A DNA stretch of 64,000 nucleotides from Thalia democratica (Eukaryota). Below are positions 48,501 through 59,800 of the stretch, in pieces (the stretch's first letter is position 1; every line of letters begins with the position of its first letter). Location: contig OZ241829.1 of NCBI GenBank assembly GCA_965202585.1, forward strand, positions 8,618,001 through 8,682,000. The letters are read 5' to 3'. The position numbers and the translations under genes are program-made. The notes under the pieces are model-generated. The model saw only the letters and a program-made list of their open reading frames with translations, did not search any database and was not told where the DNA came from.

Positions 48501-51500
48501 ATTTGTTGCTGAAACCCGGCGCTAATCTTTTCGCGCAGGAAATCGTGATGCAGGAGGTTTACAAAACTTCTTTAACAGACACCAGGCCGGCTTAGCGAGG
48601 ATATAACACGAGGTCAATTTGCTCGGCTGTTTACCAGTTTTTATTTTTATTTTTTTCGACCGGTAAGCGCTAATACGAGAAGAGCTTGGTTTGTGAGCAA
48701 AGACAAAAAATAAATAGTTTGAAAATTCTGAAAAGTTAGAATGAAAATGTGCACGAAAAAAATATTTTTTTGCAAATTTTAATTTTCAGTTTTTGAAATG
48801 AACTAATCAAGTTTAATTTCATGTCGTTGCTGGCTCACAAATAGTAAACTTATCACCCGCAAAATGGCGCAATCGTGCGCTAGCAACGAGTTATCATTGC
48901 AAATCTCCGAAAGTGCAACTTGTTTAAACAGGGATTAGCTTTATTTGTGCCAGTATAACAAATTAGTGAAACGCCAGTGCTCGGCTGAGCTGAAGTTTCC
49001 TGTGGCGAGTTGCTAATGATCAGCAGGCATTATAAATTTTTGTTTGTGTTAACACAAGGAATAACAAGGGCTTGTGTAATGAACATGAGGGCACGCCCCT
49101 GCAATTTGTATGGCGTCTAATTAGATGCTTTTTATCGGCTTTTATCTGATTGACTTAAAGTGTTATAGATGTTGTAAACGTCTGGTGCTTTTAATGGCTA
49201 ATTAGATAATGTTGTTGTGAGTGGAAACATATGAAAAGGAAACAAAAATGTAAGGGTTTACGTGATTAAAAGTTTCATATAATTTTTTTTTATTGTATAT
49301 CATCTACAATTTTGTTTTAAACTACGGAAAAAAAGTTTTATATTTTTTATACAAAACTGTTTATGAATAAAGCCGAAAATACTTATGACAATAAGTAACA
49401 TAAAGTTGAGTTAACTTACATGTATTAAAAAAAAACAAAAATTTAATACAAGTAGAGCTTCAAATAACTTTACAGCAAAATATTTAAACCTGATGTAATT
49501 AAACTAAAAATAACTACATACTTAGAATTATTCTAGGTTATATACTATATAACTAAAAATAAAAGCACTTGTAATTAAACCTCAAGGTATTACACGTTTT
49601 TCGTACGTTAAAACGCAAGGGTAATTTATTTTTACAAACTAAAGATATTTATCTAAACACTTTAGCAAAAATAAAAGAAAATATTTAATTTATGTTTGAT
49701 AGTTGCGAAAAATAGTAAAAGTAAAACCACACTGCCTTCAATGTATCAATATAAAAACCATAAGAGCATAAAATGCTATATATATGACAACTTTGTTATA
49801 TCGACTAAATAAGTAGTATACAACACTCACATGTCCATTGGTGTCAGATATGTTGTTGGTCAGTTTGTGCTTGGTGAACGAGACGCAGGGACGGTTCATC
49901 CACTGTTCCCCGGTGGCAGGACTGTCCGGGTGCATGTAGGGGCGGCACGGCAGGTCGGGGTCCGCCTTGCCCGCAACCATCCACGTGCTGTTGTGGAACT
50001 TGTACCTGTGAAAATAAATAAATTTCAAAAAATTAGAAAAAAATGTTGAACACAGTTGAAGTGTTTTAGTTTGCTTTGATTAATATTTTTGTCTCAACGA
50101 CATTATATGTGCTTTAAATCTTAGTTTTGAATTTACATTTGCTTTACAACATTCATCTGTTTATTTACTCTTAAACAGGTTAACTTTTAGTATATATTTA
50201 TAACTGACCTGTAAGCATCAGCAGGTACTATATCAAGCATCATTACGTATTTGGCTTTCTTGTTCAACCCGGTCACTTTGAATTCCATTTTCGGGAACAC
50301 TCTCCTGTTACAATAAGTATAAAAATTAAATTAAGTAAAAATTCACTTTAGTAAAACTAGCTTGTTCAACAAGCCCTACAGTCTAAGTTACATTTGGATC
50401 AAAAATTTAAGTTTAATTTATTTTTCTAAATGAGTTTGTAAAGCTTAAAATATTCTAATCTTAAAGTCGGCTTAAAATACAAATTAAAGTTTGTACTAAA
50501 ACCTCCTTATAAGGAAGTATAACTTACTTAGATAAGTAATAACTACATTTCCTTTACTTTAGATTTTAATTTTACTGTATTGTTTTAAATTAGTTTAAAA
50601 CTGTAAGAAAAAGAAGTTTCTTTGTTTTAGCGTATAAGCAAATCACACAAATGAAACAAAAATTTTGAATCGACAACGTATAATACGTCATAATAAACTT
50701 TTACATTTAAGTGTAGTTGAAAAACTAGTTTAAAAATTACTCTTGTTTGTTTACACGAGTAGATAAAAAGAACACACATATTTTATCACAAAAACCACAT
50801 CTGTAGCAACGGCAGTGCAATCTACAAACCATCAAAACAGTTAAAATGCACTTAAAACGTCGTAATCTTTCATTAAACAGATTTGATTACCGCCGTAATT
50901 TCATTTCACACAAGAACAAAATTCATCTAATACCAGTTATCACTTATCATAAAATATTTGCGCATTTGATTCAGCGGTGAGCTCATGTTGCTTAATTGGC
51001 GTCCCCCAGGTCGTTACGAGGTTGAAACCAGGTTCACGAATGTTGCCACCCACCTATATTAGTAGTATGTGTGTGTGCGCGAGTTAATTTGCTGATTAAG
51101 ATGTTTCAGTTATTTAATCGATTAAATCTTAGTAAGCGAAACGCGTGTGTGACGCTGCTGCTTGTATGAAAGAGAGAAAAGATATCGTATTACTCCCCAC
51201 ACACTGTTATGTTGTTTAATATTTATTATTATGAAGAATACTCAAAATATTCCAATGTTGAAATTATTAGTATACCTTTCCTGTGTAAGTATAAAGGTGT
51301 TTTGAATTTATTTCAATAAAACTTATTATTGATTCAAAAGAAGTTTTTTTTTCCACTGCAAAATATTTAAAATGTACCACAAGAAAAAAAAGTTTTCACA
51401 AAATACTTTACATTTCCACAGTTTAGAACTCTAGCCGCAAATTAATACTAAACCCTTTAAAGTGCAAATTTAAATCGCTCAAATTGTGTTGAGTTTTTGA

Positions 51501-52688
51501 CTAATTTAAAAAAATCATTTCTCACAGCACACCCCCACTTAAACGGACACTCGTCAAGTTAACAACGTGTTGAGCACCAAAATATTATGCAAAAAAAAGC
51601 CGGTTAAAATGAATTTTAAATTATTTCAGTTCCCACATCAGTGGTGTATGTTTTTTACAAAAGTGTTGACAAAAATGTGTGAAAACTTGGTACGTTGTTC
51701 ACATCGGCTTAAAACGCTTTGTTTGTGTGAAAAAGTTGAAACAAAAATATTTTTTTTTACACTTGTTGTTTGAAAAAGTCAAAGCATTATACTTTTTTTT
51801 CACATACTTTATAATGCCATTTGTTAACTGTTCCTCGCAGAAATGTGAAAAGTGTAAATCAACCCATCCTTTTAAGGCAATAAAAACTTTAAGAAAACAT
51901 TTTTGCGTCGAGAAAAGAGTAATTCCAAAGCAAACATTGTAAAAATGTAATCGACGCGACACTTAGATATAATTTGAAATTCAGAAAAAAATCTATTTTT
52001 AGCGACCCGCGCAAAATGGCGTTGGCCAGAAAACTGCGCGTTGAAAAATTTACGTGAAGAAAATTGCCTTTGCTCAATCACAAAAAATAGTTTTGCTTCA
52101 AGCCTCAAAATTAAAGTGTTTGCAAAACAAATCTGGCTGTCTCACTTCTAGTTGAAAACTGATTGATTTGAAAATAATACAAATATTATTGCAGTTGATG
52201 AGTAATTGATTTAAATATTAATTCTAAAAAAGTATATTCTAAAAATTTATATTTGTACACAATACTTAAAAGATTGAAAAAAATATATTAATAATAAACA
52301 AATTGTAATAAACTAAAACTTAATTATTTTCAACCAACCTGCCAGTTTTAGTGATGACCATCTCAGTGTTCATGTCTGAAAACTTCTGCCAAAGCTCCTG
52401 GTTCTCAACTTCCGCTTTCGCGTCGTCAGGCTCGCCGTCGTCATGGTGATCCGATGACGTCATCTTCCTCGGGTTGCCGTAGAGGCCCCTGAACTGCGGA
52501 GGGAAGTCCCCGTATCCGGGAAGCATGCTGGTCTGCTGGAAGAAGGGAGGGAACTTGAGGTTGGGGTTCAGTAATGGGTTCTGTTGGCATGGAAACTGTG
52601 AAAACGGGGCCATGGGGTTCTGAAGTTGGGGCATGAAACCCGCTACTGAAGGGTTCATGAAAAAGTTTTGGGCATTGCTGTTTGACAT
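44910..52688 (-). CDS. TBX2/3: T-box transcription factor, Tbx2/3-like (7 exons, ~547 aa)
   Basis: Exons: 52688-52339, 50304-50209, 50005-49831, 47301-47158, 46162-46086, 45828-45704, 45586-44910; 1644 nt in frame. T-box: ELWQKF...[14 protein letters not shown]...[16 protein letters not shown]...[12 protein letters not shown]...[26 protein letters not shown]...[11 protein letters not shown]...[10 protein letters not shown]. The [15 protein letters not shown] and LTNNISD segments match the Tbx2/3 subfamily. Confidence 0.93.
45704..45828 (-). CDS. TBX2/3: Tbx2/3-like exon 6
   Basis: [41 protein letters not shown]; bridges phase 2 to phase 1. Confidence 0.82.
46086..46162 (-). CDS. TBX2/3: Tbx2/3-like exon 5
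   Basis: [26 protein letters not shown]. Confidence 0.93.
47158..47301 (-). CDS. TBX2/3: Tbx2/3-like exon 4
   Basis: [48 protein letters not shown]. Confidence 0.95.
49831..50005 (-). CDS. TBX2/3: Tbx2/3-like exon 3
   Basis: [58 protein letters not shown]. Confidence 0.95.
50209..50304 (-). CDS. TBX2/3: Tbx2/3-like exon 2
   Basis: [32 protein letters not shown]. Confidence 0.93.
52339..52688 (-). CDS. TBX2/3: Tbx2/3-like exon 1
   Basis: ORF-track 52320..52688; donor AG|gttggt after ITKTGR. Confidence 0.92.
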
Positions 52689-53805
52689 TGCTGCTTTTAA
52701 ACTTATATCAGCTGTTTGTTGAATATAACGTTAATCATTACGCTCATAAAGTTTGTACGCTTTTTTGAGATTTAATTTCTATGTATGACAAAAAATTTTT
52801 TGACAGCTATTGTAAAAATTAATAACATAATATCATATTGTTATTCATATTATTATTTCAGTATAACTTAAATTTATGTATGATTACAAACTAATTTTCT
52901 TGACAAACACAACACTTTAACTCTTTATCTAAGCTTTTCTTTTTAACACTTCAAAAACTCGTTTTAGAAAGACGTTTTTTAAATTAAAACGAAACTGTAC
53001 CACTAGTCTACTAAACTACTTGAAACCTTTCAACACTAAAAACAACTCGTTTGTTATTGACGAGCTGATAGCACTTTGTACTCAATCAAGCTCAAATGAA
53101 TTTTAATAAGTCAACAGCAAAAACAGATACAGGAGCCAATCAATTTAAATAGTTTCCTGTGGTGAAGCGACCAATTAAAAACACACTGTTCGCGCACGTA
53201 ATAACTCAAAAACAACGCAACAAAAGAAAAACAAGTTGTGACAATTCGTCAAGCAGGAAAAAAACAAAACTATCAACAACTCAAATCTCGATATTTTGTT
53301 GATCCGCTACAAGCTACTGCGTCGGCGGTCGCCGCTCGCTAATAAATTCACTTGGAACGAAACCCGCAGTTAGCACGGTCGGCTGTCTCCTTTTTTCTCT
53401 CGTCTCTCAAAATACGAACTACGAGAGATCCGCACGAGGCGCTCTCTGTCGAGTTTCTAGAAAAATTTTGCTGGCGACTTTCGCTCTATGTTAATTTTCA
53501 CAGACAAAGTGCTTACTGCTCACAACTGCAAAAATGCTTGTGTCAGCATTTTCTGTGTCTTTTAAAATTGCTGCTGTCAGCAATTTTGTCAATTTTGAAA
53601 GTAGTCTTTTAAAACAGAACAAAGAGCTAACATTTGTTAGTAAGTGTATCAATGAAGTTTTATGCTGAAAAACTTTTTGAATTTTAAACATTATTCTGTT
53701 ATAAATTCAAAATTGAAATTAAAATAGCATACTTTCTTGAAACTTAAAATTAAAACATAAATAAAAATCTTTTTTCTTATAAATACCACTTTTACTTTTA
53801 AACTG

Positions 53806-53813
53806 TCACACCT
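53806..53813. promoter_or_regulatory. Canonical T-box half-site TCACACCT about 1.1 kb upstream of the T-box ATG (possible autoregulation)
   Basis: Exact match to the T-box consensus AGGTGTGA on the minus strand. A single 8-mer can occur by chance. Confidence 0.3.
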
Positions 53814-56800
53814 AACAAGCAAATTAACAGTTGCGCTAATTTTAAATCTATAAAAATCCACTGCTATTGTATAAAAATATTTAAGTTAACTGTAAAAGGG
53901 CATCTACAACTAAACAACTGATTAGCAACTTGTTTACTCTCAGCGCAGCCAGACAACAAAACAAAAGCAAATCAGCTCGAACAATAAAAAGATTTTACGA
54001 CTTTAAGCTCTTAAAACTGCTACACCGCGAACAACAAACTCTGAGCAAAAGTGTAAAACAGCAGCGCATTTTTAAAGCATTTAGCGCTTATTTCAAAACA
54101 GCACTTAAAATCATACCGCACTGCGCACAAATGAATAAGGTTTTGTAGCATATCACTCGCGTCTTACACATGTACATATATATGTATAAAAACACAATTG
54201 TAATTTTAATTTGGGTTTAGAAAAGCCAGTCTGAGTTTTCTTAAGCGGCTTAGGCCTTTTGTGCTGATTGTCTAAAACGCAACAATTTATTCTTTTTTAC
54301 ATTTTTAAGCAGCAGCAAATTAATTTCAATTGTCTGTAGAAAAGGCCGGCTTTGTTTTAATCGCAGCGAAAGTCGATTGTGTTGGAATAAAACGAGCTAA
54401 TTAAGCATATTTGCTTCCATTGTTGTCTTGCCGGATATCGTGCGCCTTCTAATAAGCTTAATTAATCTCTTTTAAACAATTAAAGTTAAAAGTTTTCTAA
54501 AAATTTAATGATGAAACTCCGGCCGCAAATTATTAAAAAATGACAATGCTACTGCTCTGATATTTAGCTGAATGAGTTTAGTTAATAACGAAATTGCTAA
54601 TCCGTTGTAATTAAAAAAGCAAACATATGATCTGGATCATAGCTATTGTGCACTAAGTTAAGTAAACATAAATTAAAATGCAGACGAATAAACGTTAAGT
54701 TTTGTGAAACAATTTGGCAAATAAATCTGTTCTATAAGAATAAATTTCAGCATCCAAATGAATTATCTATCAAACAAAAATTGTAACCACTTTACTTTTA
54801 TTAACCACAGTTTGCATTAAGTTTTTGTATTTTAAAAGCTGTGTTTTACAGTGAATATGTTTAATGTTTGTTTAGCAAACAAAAAAACTTCACAGCTTTC
54901 TCTGCAAAACACATATCTATCATGCACGCTAATACAAATTTAATTTCGCCACACACAACATATGATAGATAGGGACTTTCAAAAGGAGACAGTATGCCCT
55001 CACCTTAAAGCATGCCCTCATTTTAAATAGTAGCAGGGATGTTTAACAAACGTGTTAGATGTATTTAATTGGTAATGGGCACGTTTATGACACCTGTGCA
55101 AAATGTAATGATTACTTTTTTAAAGCTGTTCAAAATTTGCGTCTTCGTGATATATTTTTTATACTAGTTCATATCAAATTTCGCAGTTTTGATCATTTTC
55201 TAGACTTTAAAATGCACTTATTTTACGTTTTAAATGAATGTTTCTTTTTGCTGTGCTCTTTAACAGTTGCAACTGTCTCAGACTGAAGTGTTTTAAATTT
55301 TAAACAGTTGCATAAAAGCGTAATTAGCACGAACATTTTGTAGTTTGATGTTTTTGCAGAGTAATAAACCGAATAAAAAGTAAAGAAAACAAGTTGATTA
55401 AACAACTGCAGCCCATTGTTCTGCACAATTCCAATTATCAAGCTTTCGAACGCTCTATCTCCGCAAGAAAGCAACAAACGTCAGAACGAGCACTGAGAAG
55501 GCCATTCAGCAACGCAACACACTTTTTCCAGATAAGCGGCAATCAAACGAGTTTGTAATCTTTTCAGGCGTCTGTTTGACTGCGAGTTTGCCTGTTGAGA
55601 TGTTACTCACACTTCCACTGAAACGTATGAAATGAAAAACACAAAAGTTTGATTGACTTTTTGTTTTCGAGCCACTTAATTGTCGCCTTGATTGCGCTGG
55701 CAATTGAGGTTTGAATAAAAAAATTGCTTTTTGTCGCGTTGTTAGAAGGTCGGAAATAATTAAGTTTGATTTTTGAAAAGTTTTTCAAGTGCTTTTGTAA
55801 ACAATTAATTGAAAACTGTTTTCAACATCACAAGTTAATTAAAAACTTAGGTTTGAAAAAAATTATAGCTTGAAAAGTAGTTTGACTTTAAGTCAGTGTG
55901 TTCTTTTAAAATGCTAAGATAAACAACTATACAACCAACATTTTACAACAATTTTATGTGTGTTTTCAATCTAATACACCAAATAATAATGTGTTAAAGT
56001 GTATACAAACTTTGTATCATAAAGTTTTTTAAAAACGAACGCTTACTACACTAATACATTAGCATAATCAGTTTAAACACAATCTTTTCGTAACCTTACG
56101 GCCTAAAATATTTTAAGCTCTACGAAAAACCATCTCGTTGTGTTTTGAACTCTTAGGTTTCGATGTAATTGCAATTATATTGAAGTATATTAGTTTTTAC
56201 AAGATTACCACGTTAATTATCAGTTTTAAGTAGTCTGAAAGCGAAACTACAAAACATTTAAGTGTTTTTTAATTAATTAATTAAGGTTATCTTATTTTAA
56301 ATGTTTGTTGTAGAAAATAAAAGCTTTTTACGTATTTAAGTGTAAAAAAACTTTTAATACTGATTTTAAAAAACAAAGATTTCAACAAAAAGATTTCAAA
56401 AGGAATTTTTAAATCAGACAAAAACCAGCTGATGCAACATTATTTTTGTACATACATTACTGTTTAAAAATATAACAAATTTAAAACTCAGCCTGTAAAC
56501 TTTTACTAATTTTAATTAGTTACTTTAATACAAAAAACAATAGAAAGAAAGCTTATGTGTTAAAAATGGTAAAGCTGTTTAAACTTCAAATGCAGAATTA
56601 TACAAGGTCAAATAAAAGTTTGAAAATTCTTCTGCACATTTATAAAACTTAAAACTCCTAAAGCAAAACCTAAAAACAAAACAAATTTCAATTTAAAACA
56701 AGCTCAGCTTTAAAAGCAAAAAAAAAAAAACACAAAACTATTATTAGCTACACTTTATAACACCAGCCTTACTAAGTAGCTTCGCCTAATAAAATCCACT

Positions 56801-59800
56801 TAATAAAAATTGAGGCGAGATAAAATGCCGCCTAATAAAATCATCCGAATTCCAGCAAATTTATTTTCGTACACAGCAGACGGTAGCACGCTGCGATCTT
56901 TGCAAATATTTGAACCCGAAATGAAGAGAAACTCACATTTTGTGACTCTCTCTCGGCGTGAGAAAGCTTTTGTTTGGAGTCAAGTGTTCTGCCACTTGAG
57001 TCTGATGGCGCCTACTGTAAATCTTTCATACTCAAAAAATATCAAATTTAATACACACATCATTTCAATCCCTCAAAAACTTTTCACCTCTCTATCAAAA
57101 ACGAGCATTCAAATCTCACTAAGTTTTCACCTCTAGACCTCACAACGCACCAACTTCGTTGTGATCTCCTCACTGAGCTGCTGTGCAATTCCCGCGGGTC
57201 CCATTGATACCGCGGCTTGTAGGTCGCGGCGCTTACAACGTAATTACTTCGTTTCGATGTGAACTTCTCAACTTTCGCCGCTGATAAAAGTTGGCGCCTC
57301 GCATGTCGAAAAGGGGCGCGACTCCCCTTCTCGCGGTAATTCGGCGTGCGGGGTCGCCGTGGCAACCTTTGATATCCAGGGGTGGTTGCTAGGGCGTCCA
57401 ATTAAAACTGGCCGTCCACCAAGCTGGAAGTTTTCACGGTTCAAGAGGTGAAAATGCGGTTTCTTGTTTCCGGTTCTGCCGCTTGATCACTCATCAAAGC
57501 TGATGTGTTGGAAGTGCAGTTTGGCTGCTAATTGAAAAGTTTATAAATGTTGTGTTTAGGAAGTGGCAATTACAAGATGACAGATAAATGGAAGACTAAT
57601 TATTCAAATGAGCAGTGATGAACATGTTGAACAAAATCAGTGCTTATTATCTTGCAAAGTTATTGTTTAAGCTTTTTAGAACTATGAGTGACCAATAAGC
57701 TAGTTTAATAATAAGAACTTAGCTAAAAACTCATTGGTTTTTGACTGACGCATAAAACTAGGTACACATAATTCTTGCTTGAATTTTTTTTTATATTAAC
57801 TACAGGTACAAGTGTTGAAAAAACAAAACTTTAAACCACAGAAACTACAACAAAACTTTATCAATAAAATAATCGTACATTAGTTTTATGTTCTTTTATA
57901 CATTTTGTTAAATACTATAACTTTAGCCCAGATTTTATTTTTCTAAAGTATATATTCTTCAGTTAAAAGCAAAATTAAAGTTTAACAATTTTACACTATT
58001 AGAAATTTTTGTTAGTGATATTTAAAATTTAATTATTCTAAGCTTACATACTTCTATCAAGGTTGTACAAAAAATAACTGAAATACAAACATAGTTAGTA
58101 TACTAATAATTAAAACAACACTAATTTTACATTTACTTTAATTTATAGTTTTAGATTGAAACAAACTTAATTTTAACAAATGTAATTAATGAAAAAACAA
58201 TACATACAGAGACAAATAAATCTAAAAGAAAAACTTTTCATAAATATCAAGAACAGAAAAACAAAAATTTTTTTTTTGAAAACTTAACTAAGCTTGTGCT
58301 TCTTTCAGCAACAACAAAACCACTAAAAACATAAAAACATGAGAAATTCAAGTTTCAAATTTTCCAAAACAAAAAAATGTTGAATATCTTCTCGGAAAAA
58401 TTGACCTCAACGCTAAACGCTGCTATGACCGATTGAACCCTGAAAGTGGTGTGAAAATTAAATATGCAGCAGGAAACTGGTAAGAAGATTGTAGCTATTC
58501 AATTATTCACATTGTGGAATGCTCAGCAGAAGACCACCCAAAACAAAAGCAAAGTGTTTGCGGCGCTAAAGTGAAGGCTTACCTCGCGTCTCGGGTTTCC
58601 AGCGATTTCGTTCCTATGATGGTTTGGTGAGTTTTGTTTTAGCTTGGTTTGCTGAGTTTGTTGCAGTGTGATTAAGCAATGTTAGTTTTGGTTATGCTTT
58701 AATTGCTCTAATGTTTAAACTTCCATACTTTATATAAATATTTTTTTAGATTTAATTAGAATTTTACTTATTAAACTTAATAAAAGTTTTACTATTTGGT
58801 ACAAAAAATTTCATTTTACAAGTATTAAAGTAGTAAAAAGTAGTGTTTAAAAAAACAATAAGCATAACACAACATAAGCATAACAAAAACTAAAAAAACA
58901 AGTTTATACTTTCATTCTGCCAAAATTCTAAGTAATTTTTTTAATCGACTTAAACGAGTTTAATATTTATTTTTAGTCATCTTACAAATTGAGCAGCGGC
59001 GGCGGCGCAAGTCAAACACGCACTAATTTTAATGAAGGGCTGCATGAAAATACGTGCTAATCACGATAGAAACAATGTTCATTGGCGAGATTAGCATCAT
59101 CTAGATTGCTGCTTTCTCACGGAGTAATTTTCTCACCATGTTTGACTTTCTTGTTTAATTAAGAGTCTGCCCGGTTATCAGTTTCACACAAAACAAGAGG
59201 CAGCTACCTGCGTTAGCTATCTGGCTGGCGCTTTGATGGGCCGAATGAAGAATCATGCATTTCTGCTTGTATGCAAAACAGTGTTATCTCATATGAAAAG
59301 TTTTGTTTGACACGAAAGCTGGTATGAAATGAAACACTTGTGCAAAGAAGCTGGGAAATTTTCAAAGTAAAAAACCTGGAAACGTTTTGTGATACTTAAA
59401 AATTTTAATAAATGTTTGTGATGAAACATATATAAAATGCTGAAAACTTTGAAAAAGCTGAGAACTACATAGAACAAAAATATCTTTTATAGCTAAAACA
59501 TTTAATAAAAACTTTTGTCTTCTGAAACTAAAGAAGTAATGAATTTTTTTTTGCTTATTATTGTTTTTTAACTCTAAAACTCAACAAAGTAGTTTACAAA
59601 CAGATATTATTTTTTAATTGAATAAAAAGTAAGCTACATAGGTATATAACATTTAAGTTTCAATTTTGTTTACTTGGGTCTAAAGTTTATTAATTAATAA
59701 ATTTTCTAATTGCTAATTGTTGTAAACAGTCTAAACATGTTTTTAAAATACTATTGTGCAATTTTGACAAGTTAGCTAGTTTTATATTTTCTAATTATAA

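Noticed and set aside
57589-57600. TGGAAGACTA match to the miR-7 5' end
   Set aside because: The match stops after 10 nt and there is no hairpin.
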